Assembly: GCA_951406725.2 (NCBI GenBank) | Contig: OX597825.1 | Span: 67,208,001 to 67,272,000 of the forward strand | Direction of reading: 5' to 3' | DNA from: Octopus vulgaris | Taxonomy: Eukaryota | Length of the DNA: 64,000 bases | In this document: positions 16,020 through 29,508 of the stretch, in pieces | How the letters are laid out: the number at the start of each line of letters is the position of its first letter | How positions within the stretch are numbered: position 1 is the stretch's first letter | Position numbers and translations under genes: made by a program | The notes under the pieces: generated by a model | Databases searched by the model: none | The model's input: only the letters and a program-made list of their open reading frames with translations | What the model was told of the DNA's origin: nothing

Positions 16020-16446
16020 GGATCTTTTCGGTTTGAACGGCAGTTTTTTCTAGCGGTGTCATATGAAATTGTCACCCATAATTATGACCCTAGTATCGAT
16101 CTATTGCATTTCAATCTGTTTTAGATTTAGGGTTAGTTAGTGTTAGGGTTAGGGGTGGGGGAAGGATATCTTTTTTCTTCAGAAATGTAAATAAACCCAA
16201 TCTTAAACGAGGGACATATTCATACGGCACAGAATGTTTTCACCTCAATAGACGTCATTGATTTGTTGAAATTGCAGAAATTGAAGAAAAACAACAAAAA
16301 ATATCTTACAAACTAGAGAATTTTCTGAATAAAGCCAAGCGAAAAAGATGTTTTAAAAACACATTCTACCAGTATACGAAGTTTAAAAGTGTTTAGTTAC
16401 GTGGAAATTATATTTAAAAAAACTGCCGTTCAAACCGAAAAGATCC
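16020..16446. mobile_element. MITE with TIRs of about 30 bp (GG termini, 8-bp TSD class)
   Basis: GGATCTTTTCGGTTTGAACGGCAGTTTTTT ... AAAAAACTGCCGTTCAAACCGAAAAGATCC; inverted copy at 57475-57890. Confidence 0.9.
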
Positions 16447-17792
16447 CCAAAATAATTCTGTCATCATTAATTATGATTTTGTCTGACTAATCATTAATTA
16501 CTTTCATTAAATACTTTCCAACTATAGACTTTTACTATCTGAAGCAATAAAATATATAATTATATATATGTTTATAATCATATTTTACAGCTGCAGGAAG
16601 TATCTGAGAAGCATTATCATTATCATTGTTCTTATTGTTGTGGCTGATTTAGCTTTGTTATTGTTATATCGACCCAGGTCGATTTGTCCTTTCTCGGCTT
16701 CACGGAATCGATAAAATAAAGTGCTTGTAAGGTACTGAGACATTAGACATAGAATATTCCCTGGAGCTCTTTATGTTTTGAATTCAAATCCTGCAGACTT
16801 AATCTTTGCTTTCCATCCTTCTCAGGTCGATATAGTAATCTAGGTGGGATTTACTGGAATAAAACTCGCCACAATTTTCCGCTATGGTGCCTGAGATGGA
16901 AATGATTATTATTAAACACCGATATAATCCGTCTAGCGTTTTCCTCGTGGTTGTTATAACAGCGTTCCAGCTGTTATAAACATTGACTTTCTTTTGACTG
17001 GCATATTAGGTAACTCTTCTCATAGTTTTGAACCGAATCATTTATTAAATCCACGGCTGTGAACTTCAATCATCTCACAACCATATTTCTGTCGAAATAT
17101 ATTGTCATGCTACTAATAGATTTTGAAAATGATGAAGAATTTAGGAAACGCAACATAATCATTACTTAACTGTTATCTTGGATCTTAAATTTATATGACA
17201 TTTTAATGGAAGATTTTAGTCTAAATCACTTTTAAAACAAAGTTTGTGCCATAAGATCAAGAACGGTCTCAGATTGGTTGGTATCAAAATGTTTCATGAG
17301 GAAATGAAAAACACTAATCCTATAGCCATAAAATGGAATCAAAGGTAAACCTAGTCGTGATTAAGCTTGTTTATTTATTCACTTATTTATTTATCTATTT
17401 ATTATTTAAGTTTGTTTTCAAGCATCTTATCTTTAGAACCATATTATGTGTATTCCATTTTGACATGTTTACCCTCACACAGAAATTTTTCTACTGGTGA
17501 TTTTGTGGACGGAGACATTGATCATAGGGCAATGACAAAATCAAAATTTTCATTAACAAACAAAATGACATAACTAAGTACTCTTTGACATTTATTCTGA
17601 AGTCCATCGATCTTGCCACTTTTATATTACTAGAAACCAGTACAAAAAGGAAATATATCTACGTGCATGTTATTGACTTGTTTTCGAGAACATAAGCGAG
17701 AAGTTGACTTCAACAGATAAATATTATAGCAAACACTAAACGTAGAAGGTTAATCCCTAGAAAACTGAACATCTTAATATATAGTAAAGTAG

Positions 17793-18035
17793 ACGGCCAG
17801 CTAGAAGAATCGTTACCATGCCGGACCAAATATTCTAGGATGGTGAGCTGTCAGAACAGTTAGAATAGGGGTATTTTGTCCGTTTTTACGTTCTGAGTTA
17901 AAATTCTGCTAAGGTCGACTTTGCCTATTATCCGTTAGAGGTCGATAAAATAAGTACCGGTTGATAACTGGAGTCGATGTAATCGACTGAGCGCCTTCCC
18001 TGAAATTCCTGGCTTTGTGCCAAAATTTGAATCCA
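17793..18035 (+). mobile_element. Decayed family D SINE
   Basis: ACGTTCTGAGTTAAAATTC...GGTCGACTTTGCC...GTCGATAAAATAAGTACC; further decayed pieces at about 16665-16900. Confidence 0.7.
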
Positions 18036-20009
18036 ATAAAGAATAAAGTTATTTCATTAAACTTTTTCACTACCCTTTTCTCAACTCATGCCACCTCCGG
18101 TTGAGCAGACCTATGATCAAAAGCGATCCTTCCGTGTCAACTTTTTTCAATGTGACATTCCCTTTAAAAAATGCAATAAATAAATTGGGAGAGGTTTGGC
18201 TGCAATTTTTAGCGTATATTTTAGAGTTAAATATTTGTCTAAGGGGTACTTACTTTACGTGTTAGATTACATTGCCCTGTAACTTTTTTTGATTTTTATT
18301 TTAGAGATGTTTAAGGAATATTTCAAAATGTGTAGCTCTGAACATGAAATTATAATAAATTTATATCCGTAGCCTGTTGCGTCACACACTTTTCCCGCAA
18401 TGAGTGAGTTATACTAAGAGTAAGATTTTATTCATCACAACACTTCAGGCGGATGAAAACGCTGAATTATTTTACAGTGATTTACTACAACAAAACCACG
18501 GTACCAGAGCAAAGTCATGAGAGAAAAATAGTCAAACATTTACTGTCTTGACTGCAGACAGGGTTCGATGCAGGAGATGTGATTAGAACGCCGTTTCTAA
18601 TTAGAATAGTATCGATTTAAGCATTTAAATATAAATATCACGTTTTCGATAATTAAAAACCGAAGAAATGTAGTAACGACAGGGGTTGAGAACTAATGTA
18701 ATAGAAACGTTATGCTATTAAATCCCGGCGAAGAACGGTCTATGTGTTCTCACACATTGGAACATGTTACCATCTGAAGGAAGACGGTGTGTTATGGTTA
18801 ATATCGAGCTATCAGGTATCAGTTCTGAAACTGCATTAAGTAATTCGATGTTAATTATACAGATCTACGACAAAAACGTGCTAGATAACTTCTCTAAAGT
18901 GTTAACACAATGTCCCATATCGAACAAATCAGAGCGTTTTGATACAACCATTGCTTGAAAGGCCACTTCAGGGTATTTTCTGCTCCAAAAACAATATTTT
19001 AAAGATTTTATGCTTACGAAAAAATGCTTTGAAAATCGGCCACAAGGAAAAAGATTACTTCAAAAACAAACCAAAGTCACAGATCAGTTTAACTCCGGTT
19101 CAAACTTTTCCACTTCACCAACACCAATCCAATACTCTTGAGAGAGGCGTGAACGTGATTCTTCCCCCATTCTTTTACCATTCTGCCAATTCTGAAAGAA
19201 GCCAGTGTGATGGATTGTGACAATAACGTCCATATAGGATTTCATCGATTTAATTATGATTCTTCTCATGATAATGATTTTCATTAAGAACTCGGTTTTA
19301 GATAAGTGATAATCATCTTCATAAAATAATACAAAAATGGAATAAAAATTAATACCAGGAAATCAAATTTCTTCAACGATTCGGAGAACTAAGAATGGTT
19401 GCAACTTGGGAAAAATTAAAATAAGTGAAATAAGTGAATTTTGAGAAAGAAAATGGTTTAAAACTACGATACGCATAATGAAATATTCTTTACAAAATTT
19501 ATTAAGCAGGACATCAAACCTCTATAATCAATGTAACTTTATACCGTATCTGAAAAATATCATACGGTAATGAAATATGTTCAGATTGCCAGGGTTCGCA
19601 GCGGCAAAGTTGAAGAAGGATTAATAGCTTTAGTCACGTGTACGCAATTAGTTAATAAATATTGAAAGATTATCCATCATACAGTAATCCTTTGAAGGTT
19701 TTCTGCAATCACTTTAGGCATATGGTATTTAGTGTTGCTATCGGAGGTGGTTACAAATGAGAAGCAAATTTCTCCAAGAGATACTTCTACTTCGTAATTT
19801 TATTTGTTTCAATCTCAGTATTGCACCTATGCGGTTCGTTTTTCAAGTCTGGTACTTATCCGTCGGTTGCATTTGTCGAAACGCGAGATTACGCGGATGT
19901 AATCAAACTAACATTGGTTTTCACGTACTGGTGGGGGGGACAAACGCAAACACAAAGAGACACAGGCAATGTATATATATATACACACACACACATATAT
20001 TTATCTATG

Positions 20010-20053
<44 letters not shown>

Positions 20054-20081
20054 AATATATATACATTTGTATATATATATG

Positions 20082-21410
20082 TGGCAGGGACTGTCTAACA
20101 CAGCTCTTACACCACATTGAAGATGTACTCAAAGCCTTGGGAACAGGTTCGAACTCTGATGTCCTTGACTTTAGTAAAGCGTTCAACAGGGTAGACCATA
20201 ATATCCTACTCTTAAAATTGGCAAATGTTGGAATCCGTGGAAAAGTTCTACAATGGATTAAGTATTTCCTGGCGAATAGAACACAACATGTTGTAGTTGA
20301 TGGATTCCACTCAAGCCCAGCAAAAGTCACCAGCGGTGTCCCCCAGGCGACTGTCTTGGGTCCGCTACTCTTCATAATTTACATAAACGACCTTTCCAGT
20401 GTCGTACATTACTGCAAAATGAAAATATTTGCTGATGACACTAAGCTCCAGCAAATCGTCAATGAAGAAGCAGACCAAACTCAACTCCAGTCTGATCTAT
20501 ATGCTGTGAGTCAATGGGCAGACAGAAACTAAATGCAACTGAACGAGGAAAAATTTGAGCTGATGCATTTTGGAAGAAATTCTTCACCAAAACAGCCATA
20601 CTCTCTTCCCTCAGGGGAACCGTTCACAGCCTCTAACAATATCAGAGACCTGGGTGTAATTGTTGACGATCTCAGTTGGAGTGCACACATCAACTAGAAG
20701 GTCGATATAGCTCGTAGGATGAGTTCCTGGATCTTAAGAACTTTCCGGTCCAGAGAACAAGGTGTCATCATACCACTTTTCTTCTTTGTACGCCACACCT
20801 CGAATACTGCTGCCCATTGTGGTCTCCCCATACAAGACAAAACATCTCGAGGATTGAATCACCCCAGAGGGCACTCACTAAACGAATTGAAGGCATGGCT
20901 GCTCTCGATTATTGGGATCGCCTTAAAGCCTTGAAACTCTCCACTCTCCATCGTCGCCGTGAGCGGTACATCATTTGTACGATGTGGAGAATATACCGCC
21001 AACTTTGCCCAAACGACCTGAACATTAGCTTCAAGGTTCATCCAACACTGGGACCACGGGCCATACATCCCCTGCACAATTCAAGATCACAGCATACATG
21101 TACACTGCAACATAATTTCTTTTTCTCAACAGGCCCTGCCCTATTTAACATTGTCCCGAAAGGGATCAAAGAGGAAAAGGATCCCATCAACTTTAAGCGG
21201 AGTCTGGATAGATTCCTTCAAGGAATACCAGATGAGCCACCTATAATTGGATACAACTCACCAAACAAAAACTCACTACTTGAATGGACCATAAACAAAA
21301 CTTGACTTAAACAGGATTCAAATAATCCTATCAGGTGGTGCTATTAAGTTAGACATGGCCTGGACCAATCTTTGGTCGAAACATATCTAAGTTTATCTAA
21401 GTCTAAGTTT
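20082..21410 (+). mobile_element. 5'-truncated CR1/L2-group LINE (RT C-terminal half plus 3' UTR)
   Basis: [65 protein letters not shown] motifs; stops and frameshifts; (TCTAAG)-type tail; flanked by TA tracts. Confidence 0.95.
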
Positions 21411-21429
21411 ATATATATATACACATTCA

Positions 21430-21700
21430 CAGAGGGTGCGGTGAATAAACTGTCCTCAAAACTACGCAAAAAGGAAAATAACACTGACCTATCATTTTAA
21501 TAGATATATTTACCAAAATTACATAAAAATATCTTGAAATAGTACAGAATAAATTTAGGGAATAAAACAGTCATTGGCTTTAACCGCAGCCTGCATATGA
21601 CTTCGGATTCCCTTACAACTCTTTTGGACGGTCTCTTTGTTTAAGTTGGTGAATGCTGCCATAATCTTTGCCTTCGGTTCATCTTTCGTGTCACAAGGAG
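21430..21700 (-). mobile_element. Tc1/mariner 3' end remnant
   Basis: Minus translation CDTKDEPKAKIMAAFTNLNKETVQKSCKGIRSHMQAAVKAND, a typical transposase C-terminus, followed by a CAG.GGGTG-type end. Confidence 0.7.
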
Positions 21701-22600
21701 TTTTCGAGGGAAAGGCTATACGCATGTATATTTTTTATTTTGGAGATTGAGTTTTTTGAACATGCATTTACAGACAGATACATACACAAAGATACACCCA
21801 CCCACATACATACACAAACATACATAGATAGATATAAATGAATAGACAAATAGATACATGTGTGTGTGTGTGTGTGTGTTAAGACGTTCAACTGGACCTC
21901 CAAAAGAATTTTTAATATATTGATTTGTTAATATTGCCACTCCATATTAGAAATAGCAGGAAACATCTCTTCCTTCTAGTGTTTCCTGCCTCTAAATAAC
22001 TATTAATACTGGATTTGTGCAATATCTATAATCTTCAGGCTGGGTGGTGAAGGATGGAAATGAAAGAATGATGAAGTGAATGCCTCAAGGTGTTTGGTTA
22101 CAACACCTTTGCATTTGATGCTAAATTCATTATTGATCAATACTTGTTTATAAGCTTCCGGTCTCAGTGGAAAGCGGATGAGAGAAGTACAAGTACCGAT
22201 AAAATAAATCGTTTTATCTCTTCAATTACGCGCAATTTTACCAATGTCAGATGTCGTTAAACCAGACCTCATAGAAAAGTATTCGATGGGAAGAATTGTA
22301 AGAGTATTAAACGAAATCAAATCCCTTGACGTATTTTTTCTGTATTCAAACAGCTGTAGCCCCTTGGTGCGGTAGATTTAATCTACCGTACACCTTAAAG
22401 CCACGACATACTCATTCAGTGTACTTACGGGTCCATGAGGGCTATGTCTCATGATTGTAAATACCTTCGGCTTCGCTAATAGATTGCGAGGCTTTAAAAC
22501 TCTGCCTACAATATTTTTGCTTAAGAACACTGTATTCCGTTTTTGGATTTGGTTTGCAAGATTATTTATATGAGTTCGTGTGTTGAAGCATATTCTGTTA

Positions 22601-22725
22601 TGTCTGGGGAGAGTCATTTTCTTTTTGTGCCTTATAATGTAAATAAAATTAAGATATAAGTGGAAATTTTACCGGTGAGTGTGTTACATTATACGGCACG
22701 AAAATAAAATGACTCTCCCCAGACA
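22601..22725. repeat. Inverted repeat with arms of about 42 bp, MITE-like
   Basis: TGTCTGGGGAGAGTCATTTT... / ...AAAATGACTCTCCCCAGACA. Confidence 0.7.
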
Positions 22726-23254
22726 CAAAAAAAAACAGCGTATTCATTTTACTAAATTTCTAAAACAATAGAGAATTTAATAAAATAACCTAGTCGTTGT
22801 TAACACTGGCTTTGAAACATAACCTAACAAGAAATTTCGATGGAAAACCATGACTTAAATCACTGTAAGACACTTATAGAGTTAGGTACGGTCTCAGTTG
22901 GTCGATATTACTGCCATACCTCCTTGACTAAATGGTAAAAATAGTTATATCACTTTATACACCGAATTCAAACTTTGCACGGTTTGAAGTTTTCTATTCA
23001 TTGATAATTCACGAATATGTATTGCTCAAGCACTTAAAATTTAAATCTATAAAATAGTTCCGACCACATTTTTGACTTTCTATCAATGTTAGAGATCTCA
23101 CCAAGATCAAATGTGACTTTTTATCTATGTTTAATCTTCAAGTATCAGCGGAGAACTGAGATCGATTTTATCATTTAATCCCTATCTACCTTTTTCTGTG
23201 CGCTTATGTCCATATTTTAAAATAAGTACAAATAATTTTATATTGGGTACACGT

Positions 23255-23672
23255 AGGCGCAGGAGTGGCTGTGTGGTAAGCAGCTTGGTTACCAACCACA
23301 TGGTTTCAGGTTCAGTCCCACTGCGTGGTACCTTGGGCAAGAGTCTTCTACTATAGCCTCGGGCCGACCAAAGTCTTGTGAGTGGATTTGGTAGACGGAA
23401 ACTGAAAGAAGCCCGTCGTATATATGTATATGTATATATGTGTGCGTGTGTGTTTGTGTATCTGTGTTTGTCCCCCTAGCATTGCTTGACAACCGATGCT
23501 GGTGTGTTTATATCCCCGTCACTTAGCGGTTTGGCCAAAGAGACCGATAGAATAAGTACTGGGCTTACAAAGAATAAGTCCCGGGTTCGAGTTGCTCGAC
23601 TAAAGGCGGTGCTCCAGCATGGTCGCAGCCAAATGACTGAAACAAGTAAAAGAGTAAAAGAGTAAAGAGAGT
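23255..23672 (+). mobile_element. Family B SINE, full length
   Basis: A/B boxes, internal microsatellite, (GTAAAAGA)n tail. Confidence 0.92.
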
Positions 23673-24171
23673 AGTCTTGTAGAAGCTGCAAAGTGGTTTT
23701 CCCAATGAGACGTATGCTGTCAACTTATTTCTCTGACAAAAATGTGAAAAGATAAAGACAAAAACCATAAGAACACTCGGTAAATTTAGGCACATCTCTT
23801 ATATATTCAGATTTCAATCCCCCCGTCGACCGTGATTTTGAGAACTCTAGCAGACGTCGATGAAAAAACTGCCTGTCAAATAACTGATAAGTGATGCGAA
23901 TCAATCGGTTAAATCTCCCGTGTCGGTTTGTACCAATGTAAGGTAAACAGAAAACAGTAATTTTGTGAAGTGCCAAATGAATAGAAAAAAAAATCGGTTA
24001 AGTGTGAATATATGCCAAATAACAACACAATTTTCACAACGGGGGAAAATATTGAGTATTGAGAATTCACAATCAGGTAGGCACATATGTTTGTTTCCAA
24101 TGTATTCATACACACACTCACACACACACACACACATAGTCATACACACACACAGTCACACACACACACGA

Positions 24172-24224
<53 letters not shown>

Positions 24225-24323
24225 AAGAGATACATATCTTCTGGGTCCCTCTGTTTCAATGAAGCAGAGAATAGTGTTAAGAAGAAAAAGTTTATTTATA
24301 GACGTGAAGCTATTTATGGATAA

Positions 24324-24361
24324 ATAAATAGATAGATAGATATATAGATAGATAGACAGAC

Positions 24362-24458
<97 letters not shown>

Positions 24459-24465
24459 TATAGAT
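24324..24465. repeat. (GATA)n microsatellite
   Basis: Seen directly. Confidence 0.95.
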
Positions 24466-24923
24466 AGGCAGATGTGTATGCGTGAGAATGTATGCTATAG
24501 AAGCAGAATAACAAAGCGAAATATGAGGAGAAAAGCGGGAAAACAGAAAAAAGAAGAAGAGAAGGACAATGTAAATGAAATATATAAATAAAAGAATGAG
24601 CTGTCCTTATGCTTCTGACAATTATTGACATCATCACCGGCAGGCATTATCACCAATTTCATCTCCATCATTATCCTGGTCCCCTACGAAGTGTTGAATT
24701 ATTAGATTGGGAATACATTTAAATTTTGAATCTAGTGAACAATAAGTGAATGCTTCAATGTTTTGATGTGGAAATTTAATATTGAAGAATTAATTGAGGG
24801 AAAAGTAAATGAATGGACAAGCGGAGGAAATAAGGCACTAAATAAATATGTTAAAGAAAAATTCTAAATTTGGAATAATTTGGGATCATAATAATAATAA
24901 TAATAATAATAATGATGATGAGG

Positions 24924-24965
<42 letters not shown>

Positions 24966-25020
24966 GAAGAAGACGAAGAAGAAGAAGAAGAAGAAGAAGA
25001 AGATTATGAAGAAGAAGAAG

Positions 25021-25459
25021 AAAATACTTTTAGACGAATAGATGTAAGTGTTGCCAATGATGAAAATATATCTGTAAAGGAATTTAACAAATTTATAAAA
25101 CATAAGGACTTGGAAATTTAAATACAAAAGATATGGCATCTTAAAGCGAGAACTGTTATTGTGGGTGACCTATGTATGATTAGAAAGGGCTGTCAGAAAC
25201 ATCTTGATAATAACCAAGGAGAACAAAGTCGGGGAGAAATCCAAGAGATTGCGCTGACAAGCATATTGCCCACATCCTTAGAAAACCTCTATCAGTTTAA
25301 ATATCTGTATTATATAACATGAAGATATTTCGCTACTTGAACCCCACCCCCAAGCTTTCAGTCATCCTGTAACATCTTTTATCCTACACTCACCCTAGGA
25401 CGCTGGGTGTGTCACAGCGAGTGATTGTATCAGATATGCATATTAAAAGTAAACAATAA
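25021..25459 (+). mobile_element. 3' fragment of RLE-type (R4/Dong-like) LINE
   Basis: IDVSVANDENISVKEFNKFIKHKDLEI*IQKIWHLK..VIVG..EIQEIAL..AHILRK; flanked by (TAA)n/(GAA)n. Confidence 0.8.
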
Positions 25460-25689
25460 GATGGAGGAGGAGGAGAAGAAGAAGAAGAAGAAGAAGAACA
25501 ACAACAACAACAACAAGAACAAGAAGAACAAGAAGAAAGAGAAGAAGAAGAAGAAGAAGAAGAAGGACGACGACGACGACAAAAAGCAACAAAAATGAGT
25601 TGAAAGTTCATTTGAGGATGCTGATGATTATGATGATAGTGATGATGATGATGATGATGATGAAACAAAGAAAAAGAAGAAGCATTAAT

Positions 25690-26235
25690 AATCTCTTGGG
25701 TGAATGCAGTAAGCTAGCACAAAAAGAGTGTAATACAAGGTATGAGCGTAAGGATAAAAGGGTGTTGTTGAGTATGTGACTTCGAAAGTGTTATGAACGA
25801 GGTTACTGTGACTCGGTATATGTATTACTGAATTTCAGGGGACTTCCATATACAAACTGACGATACAACTGAAGCAAGAAGACCAGTTATGATTATAGAG
25901 GGGAAAATAAACAGTGTAAGATCATACACATTGCCATATCATATGATAAAAGAGAGGATGCAAAATAAATTTAAAAAAATTTTTTGAAATATATCAGGAC
26001 CTAGCCAAAACGTTTAAGATATTTTGGAAGTCTAAGAGTACAATTATTCCTGTGGTAATTGGTGCCTTTGCTACAACGCCCAATCCGCTACATAAACAGC
26101 TGTCGGGAAATACAATCCTGTATTCTAGAAGAATCATAAAACAGATTCTTGACATGAGGAGACTTTTTGCCACCAAATTTCAAGATAACATCTCATGCCA
26201 GCTATTAAAATGAAGATGTAATCGGTGAGGAATTA
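25690..26235 (+). mobile_element. Decayed RLE-type LINE 3' fragment
   Basis: ECSKLAQKE, DFHIQTD..EARRP, YQDLA..FW..TIIPVVIGAF motifs; followed by (TAA)/(CAA) repeats. Confidence 0.75.
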
Positions 26236-26665
26236 TAATAATGATAACAACAACAACAACAACAATAACAATAATAATAATAAGCTATACGTGGATCCTC
26301 AACACTACAGACTATCCAAAATATATCCCTCCTACACAATATATTATCAACTCAAATATACAATATAAACAAAGTAACCCACAAATACAAGACACACTCT
26401 ATGCAGCAATTTCCCAGCGAAAAAAACTGCCACCAGCAAGTCAAATAACCTACGCATTATACACTCAACACGGAATACAACCAGTAATACAACGGAAGAC
26501 TGCACCACACCTCAAGAAAAGAAAAACTAACGCAAAACAATACCGGGGAGAGTTTGCACACTCCCAAGAGAAACGAACACAAAATGCTACGCACACCCCA
26601 GCAATACGGAGGTGCAGCAGGTGATGTAGTATAAATTTGTCTAAAACTATCTATGCACATCTATG

Positions 26666-26699
<34 letters not shown>

Positions 26700-26726
26700 C
26701 AATAATAATAATAACGATAATAATAA

Positions 26727-26808
26727 CGGGTAGTCATGATGGGTATACTGGGCTTCGTATATTTTACGACAGTGTCACTTTGATGGCATGCACTGCTCTC
26801 TCACTCAA
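26727..26808 (+). mobile_element. Short repeat adjoining (TAA)n, probable LINE 3' UTR
   Basis: Inverted-orientation copy at about 35470-35555, also next to (TAA)n. Confidence 0.55.
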
Positions 26809-27665
26809 AAAGGCATTTTAACTGCAATTTACCGTAGAGAATAATTCTTGTTTGTGCAAGATGTTATAAAGTACCAAATCATTTCAGAGAGCCACCTGTG
26901 ATACGATTAATGCATTTGAGGTTCCTTAGATATCACTAAATCCTGTTACACTGGAGCCATTCTTTTAATGTCATTGGACACCGTAGAAAATCAGGCAAAA
27001 TATCTACTGAGTGCATGCGAACAGCCACCAGGGTAAAACAAATCTTGTATTTGTCAGACGAAGCAATGTTTGGAATAAAGTTAGTTTCTATATCAGTTCA
27101 TATATATTTGGGACATATTTGACCCATAATAAACCAGTTCTTGAAAGGTTGAAATAATTTATAGCGTTGAAGTATTGAAATAATTTATAGCAACAAGAAT
27201 ATTAAACTATTGAAACAGAATAACGAACTCTGATGTATGTAAAAAGTTCAAGCCTCTTTTTTTTTTAAAGGTTATATCACTAAAAGTTATACAGAAAGAA
27301 AGGATTGTAAATAGAAATAGAAATATACATACAAGCATTCGCTTCTTACAACAGCATGAAGAAATATATTAATATTAGACCTTCGTTGATGATTAATAGG
27401 TGGGTTATGTATTTATAATAGATTTTCAATTCTTTGAAGAAGGAGTGTTTTTATTACTTCTGTGAAACATTCAATAATGCAGTAAGAACACGCGCGCACT
27501 CACGGACGTTTGCACACATAGAGACGAACAGACAAATAAATGGATAAATATATAGATATGCATACAGGCAAGTACACAGCTACATACAAACACATATGTA
27601 TCTTCTACAAGCTGAACAAATAACAAAGTTTAAAATATTCAAGATATAAAATATGTGCGTGTTTA

Positions 27666-27898
27666 TGAGGTCGCATGGCTTAGTGGTTAGAGTGTTGTAC
27701 TTGCGATCGCCAAACCATGGCTTCAATTCCTAAACCTAACACGTGATACACTGAGCACCTGTTCAGGCAAGGCCGATTTGATGGAGGGAGTGACCCAATG
27801 TACAGTACATACATTTAATCACTATAAACAAATGCTCTCTGGAGGTCGTTCGGCAAACGGCTAAACCACTGATACGTAGTCTTCGACGGGTGAGTCCA
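27666..27898 (+). mobile_element. Decayed tRNA-head SINE
   Basis: GAGGTCGCATGGCTTAGTGGTTAGAGTG...GCTTCAATTCC head. Confidence 0.6.
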
Positions 27899-28003
27899 AA
27901 ATACCGATCTTATGAGGTAGCCAAGGCGGGCAATTTAAACTGGTCGTGTATATAAATGCATATATATATATATGTATATACGTTCGTATATGTAAGTATA
28001 TCG

Positions 28004-28064
<61 letters not shown>

Positions 28065-28065
28065 G

Positions 28066-28107
<42 letters not shown>

Positions 28108-28162
28108 TTAGTGAATTGAAGAAATGGAGTTGAACGAAGATTGAACAGAAATCGTTTTATTG

Positions 28163-28246
28163 CATTCTACACGTGTTTCGAAAGCCACAATTTACCAAAT
28201 TCCGATTGAATAAGGAGACCATATTGTGTCTTTCTCTTCAGGAAGA
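28163..28246 (-). ncRNA. Type I hammerhead ribozyme within a (TA)n-flanked element (about 28101-28590)
   Basis: UUC-CUGAAGA-GAAAG A CACAAU...AUUGUG G CUUUC-GAAAC-ACGU-GUA-GAA; palindromic stem III ACACGUGU; AATAAA immediately downstream. Confidence 0.75.
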
Positions 28247-28582
28247 AATAGGAATTCCGTTGGCAAAAACAAAACCAGAACAGAGGCGCAGCAAAACAAA
28301 TCGAACGAGGCTCCTAAGAGCCCATGGCCAAACTGTTTATCAATGTATGTTGAAATATGGTTCTGACTATTTAAAGAATATTAGGTGTATTATATGGGGC
28401 GAGACTAAATCTACTTAGAAACATGTGTGTGTGAACTGTTCTATATGTGCGCGGCCGCAAGTTGGTAAAAGGCGCTACACACTGGTCACTGCTGAAAAAT
28501 CCGTCAGGCGGCAGAAAATTTATGTGTGCGTGTGTTCGTCTAATCATGCTTTGTCAAAAAAAACCCCCGTCGTCAAAACAAA

Positions 28583-28621
<39 letters not shown>

Positions 28622-28832
28622 TTTGTATTTATGTACTGAGTGTATTCCACTGGCAGACCATCTCTTATGCAAATTCAGAAATCCGGGATCTGGAATTATC
28701 CAGTACTTTTTTTGTTAGTTCATGTTGTCACTTTGTCTTCTCTCCTAGTGCTATATGAACATTTAATGTGGTTTTAGAGTTAAGTTTTGACTGATATTTC
28801 CAGCGTGGTGGTATCTCTTAGATACCCTAAAT

Positions 28833-28841
<9 letters not shown>

Positions 28842-28910
<69 letters not shown>

Positions 28911-28985
28911 TGTATGTATGTATGTATGTATGTATGTATGTATGTATGTATGTATGTATGTATGTATGTATGTATGTATGTATAT
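28842..28985. repeat. (TA)n-(TATG)n microsatellite
   Basis: Seen directly. Confidence 0.95.
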
Positions 28986-29041
28986 ATGCATATGTTTAAT
29001 CGAGTGATGCCTAGTGTTCTGCTTATTCATTTTTATTATAA

Positions 29042-29260
29042 CACTTTAGCATTTAAATGGGCCACATCCAGCCAAAATATTCTGTTTGTTTTATGTTCAA
29101 ACTGACCAGCTCCAGCCTTTCGTACCCACCATACAATGTCAGAGTATGAATAACACAATCATAACATTGAAATTTTGAAGTTACAAGATAATGCACGATT
29201 AATTCAAATCTATGTGAATAAATAAGCATTACATGTTAGAGTAAACTAAATGCCAAAGGG
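29042..29260. mobile_element. piggyBac-like MITE
   Basis: ATAA|CACTTTAGCATTTA ... TAAATGCCAAAGGG|TTAA. Confidence 0.6.
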
Positions 29261-29266
29261 TTAATC

Positions 29267-29330
<64 letters not shown>

Positions 29331-29462
29331 TACATACATACATACATATACGGTTTATTATTTTTAGCGTACTTTAACGTATACTCAGAAGCTCCGTTTA
29401 AAAAGTAACGAAAATGGTTACACAGTCGCTCGCTTTCACTTTCCACTTCTCCCAATTTTCTC

Positions 29463-29508
<46 letters not shown>

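Noticed and set aside
19084-19284. Minus-strand ORF with an internal TTCTTTCAG acceptor-like site
   Set aside because: No recognisable domain or convincing donor; cannot be supported as an exon
21355-21390. Hairpin GACCAA..TTGGTC followed by GAAAC at the CR1 3' end
   Set aside because: No CUGANGA upstream; consistent with an ordinary LINE 3' stem-loop
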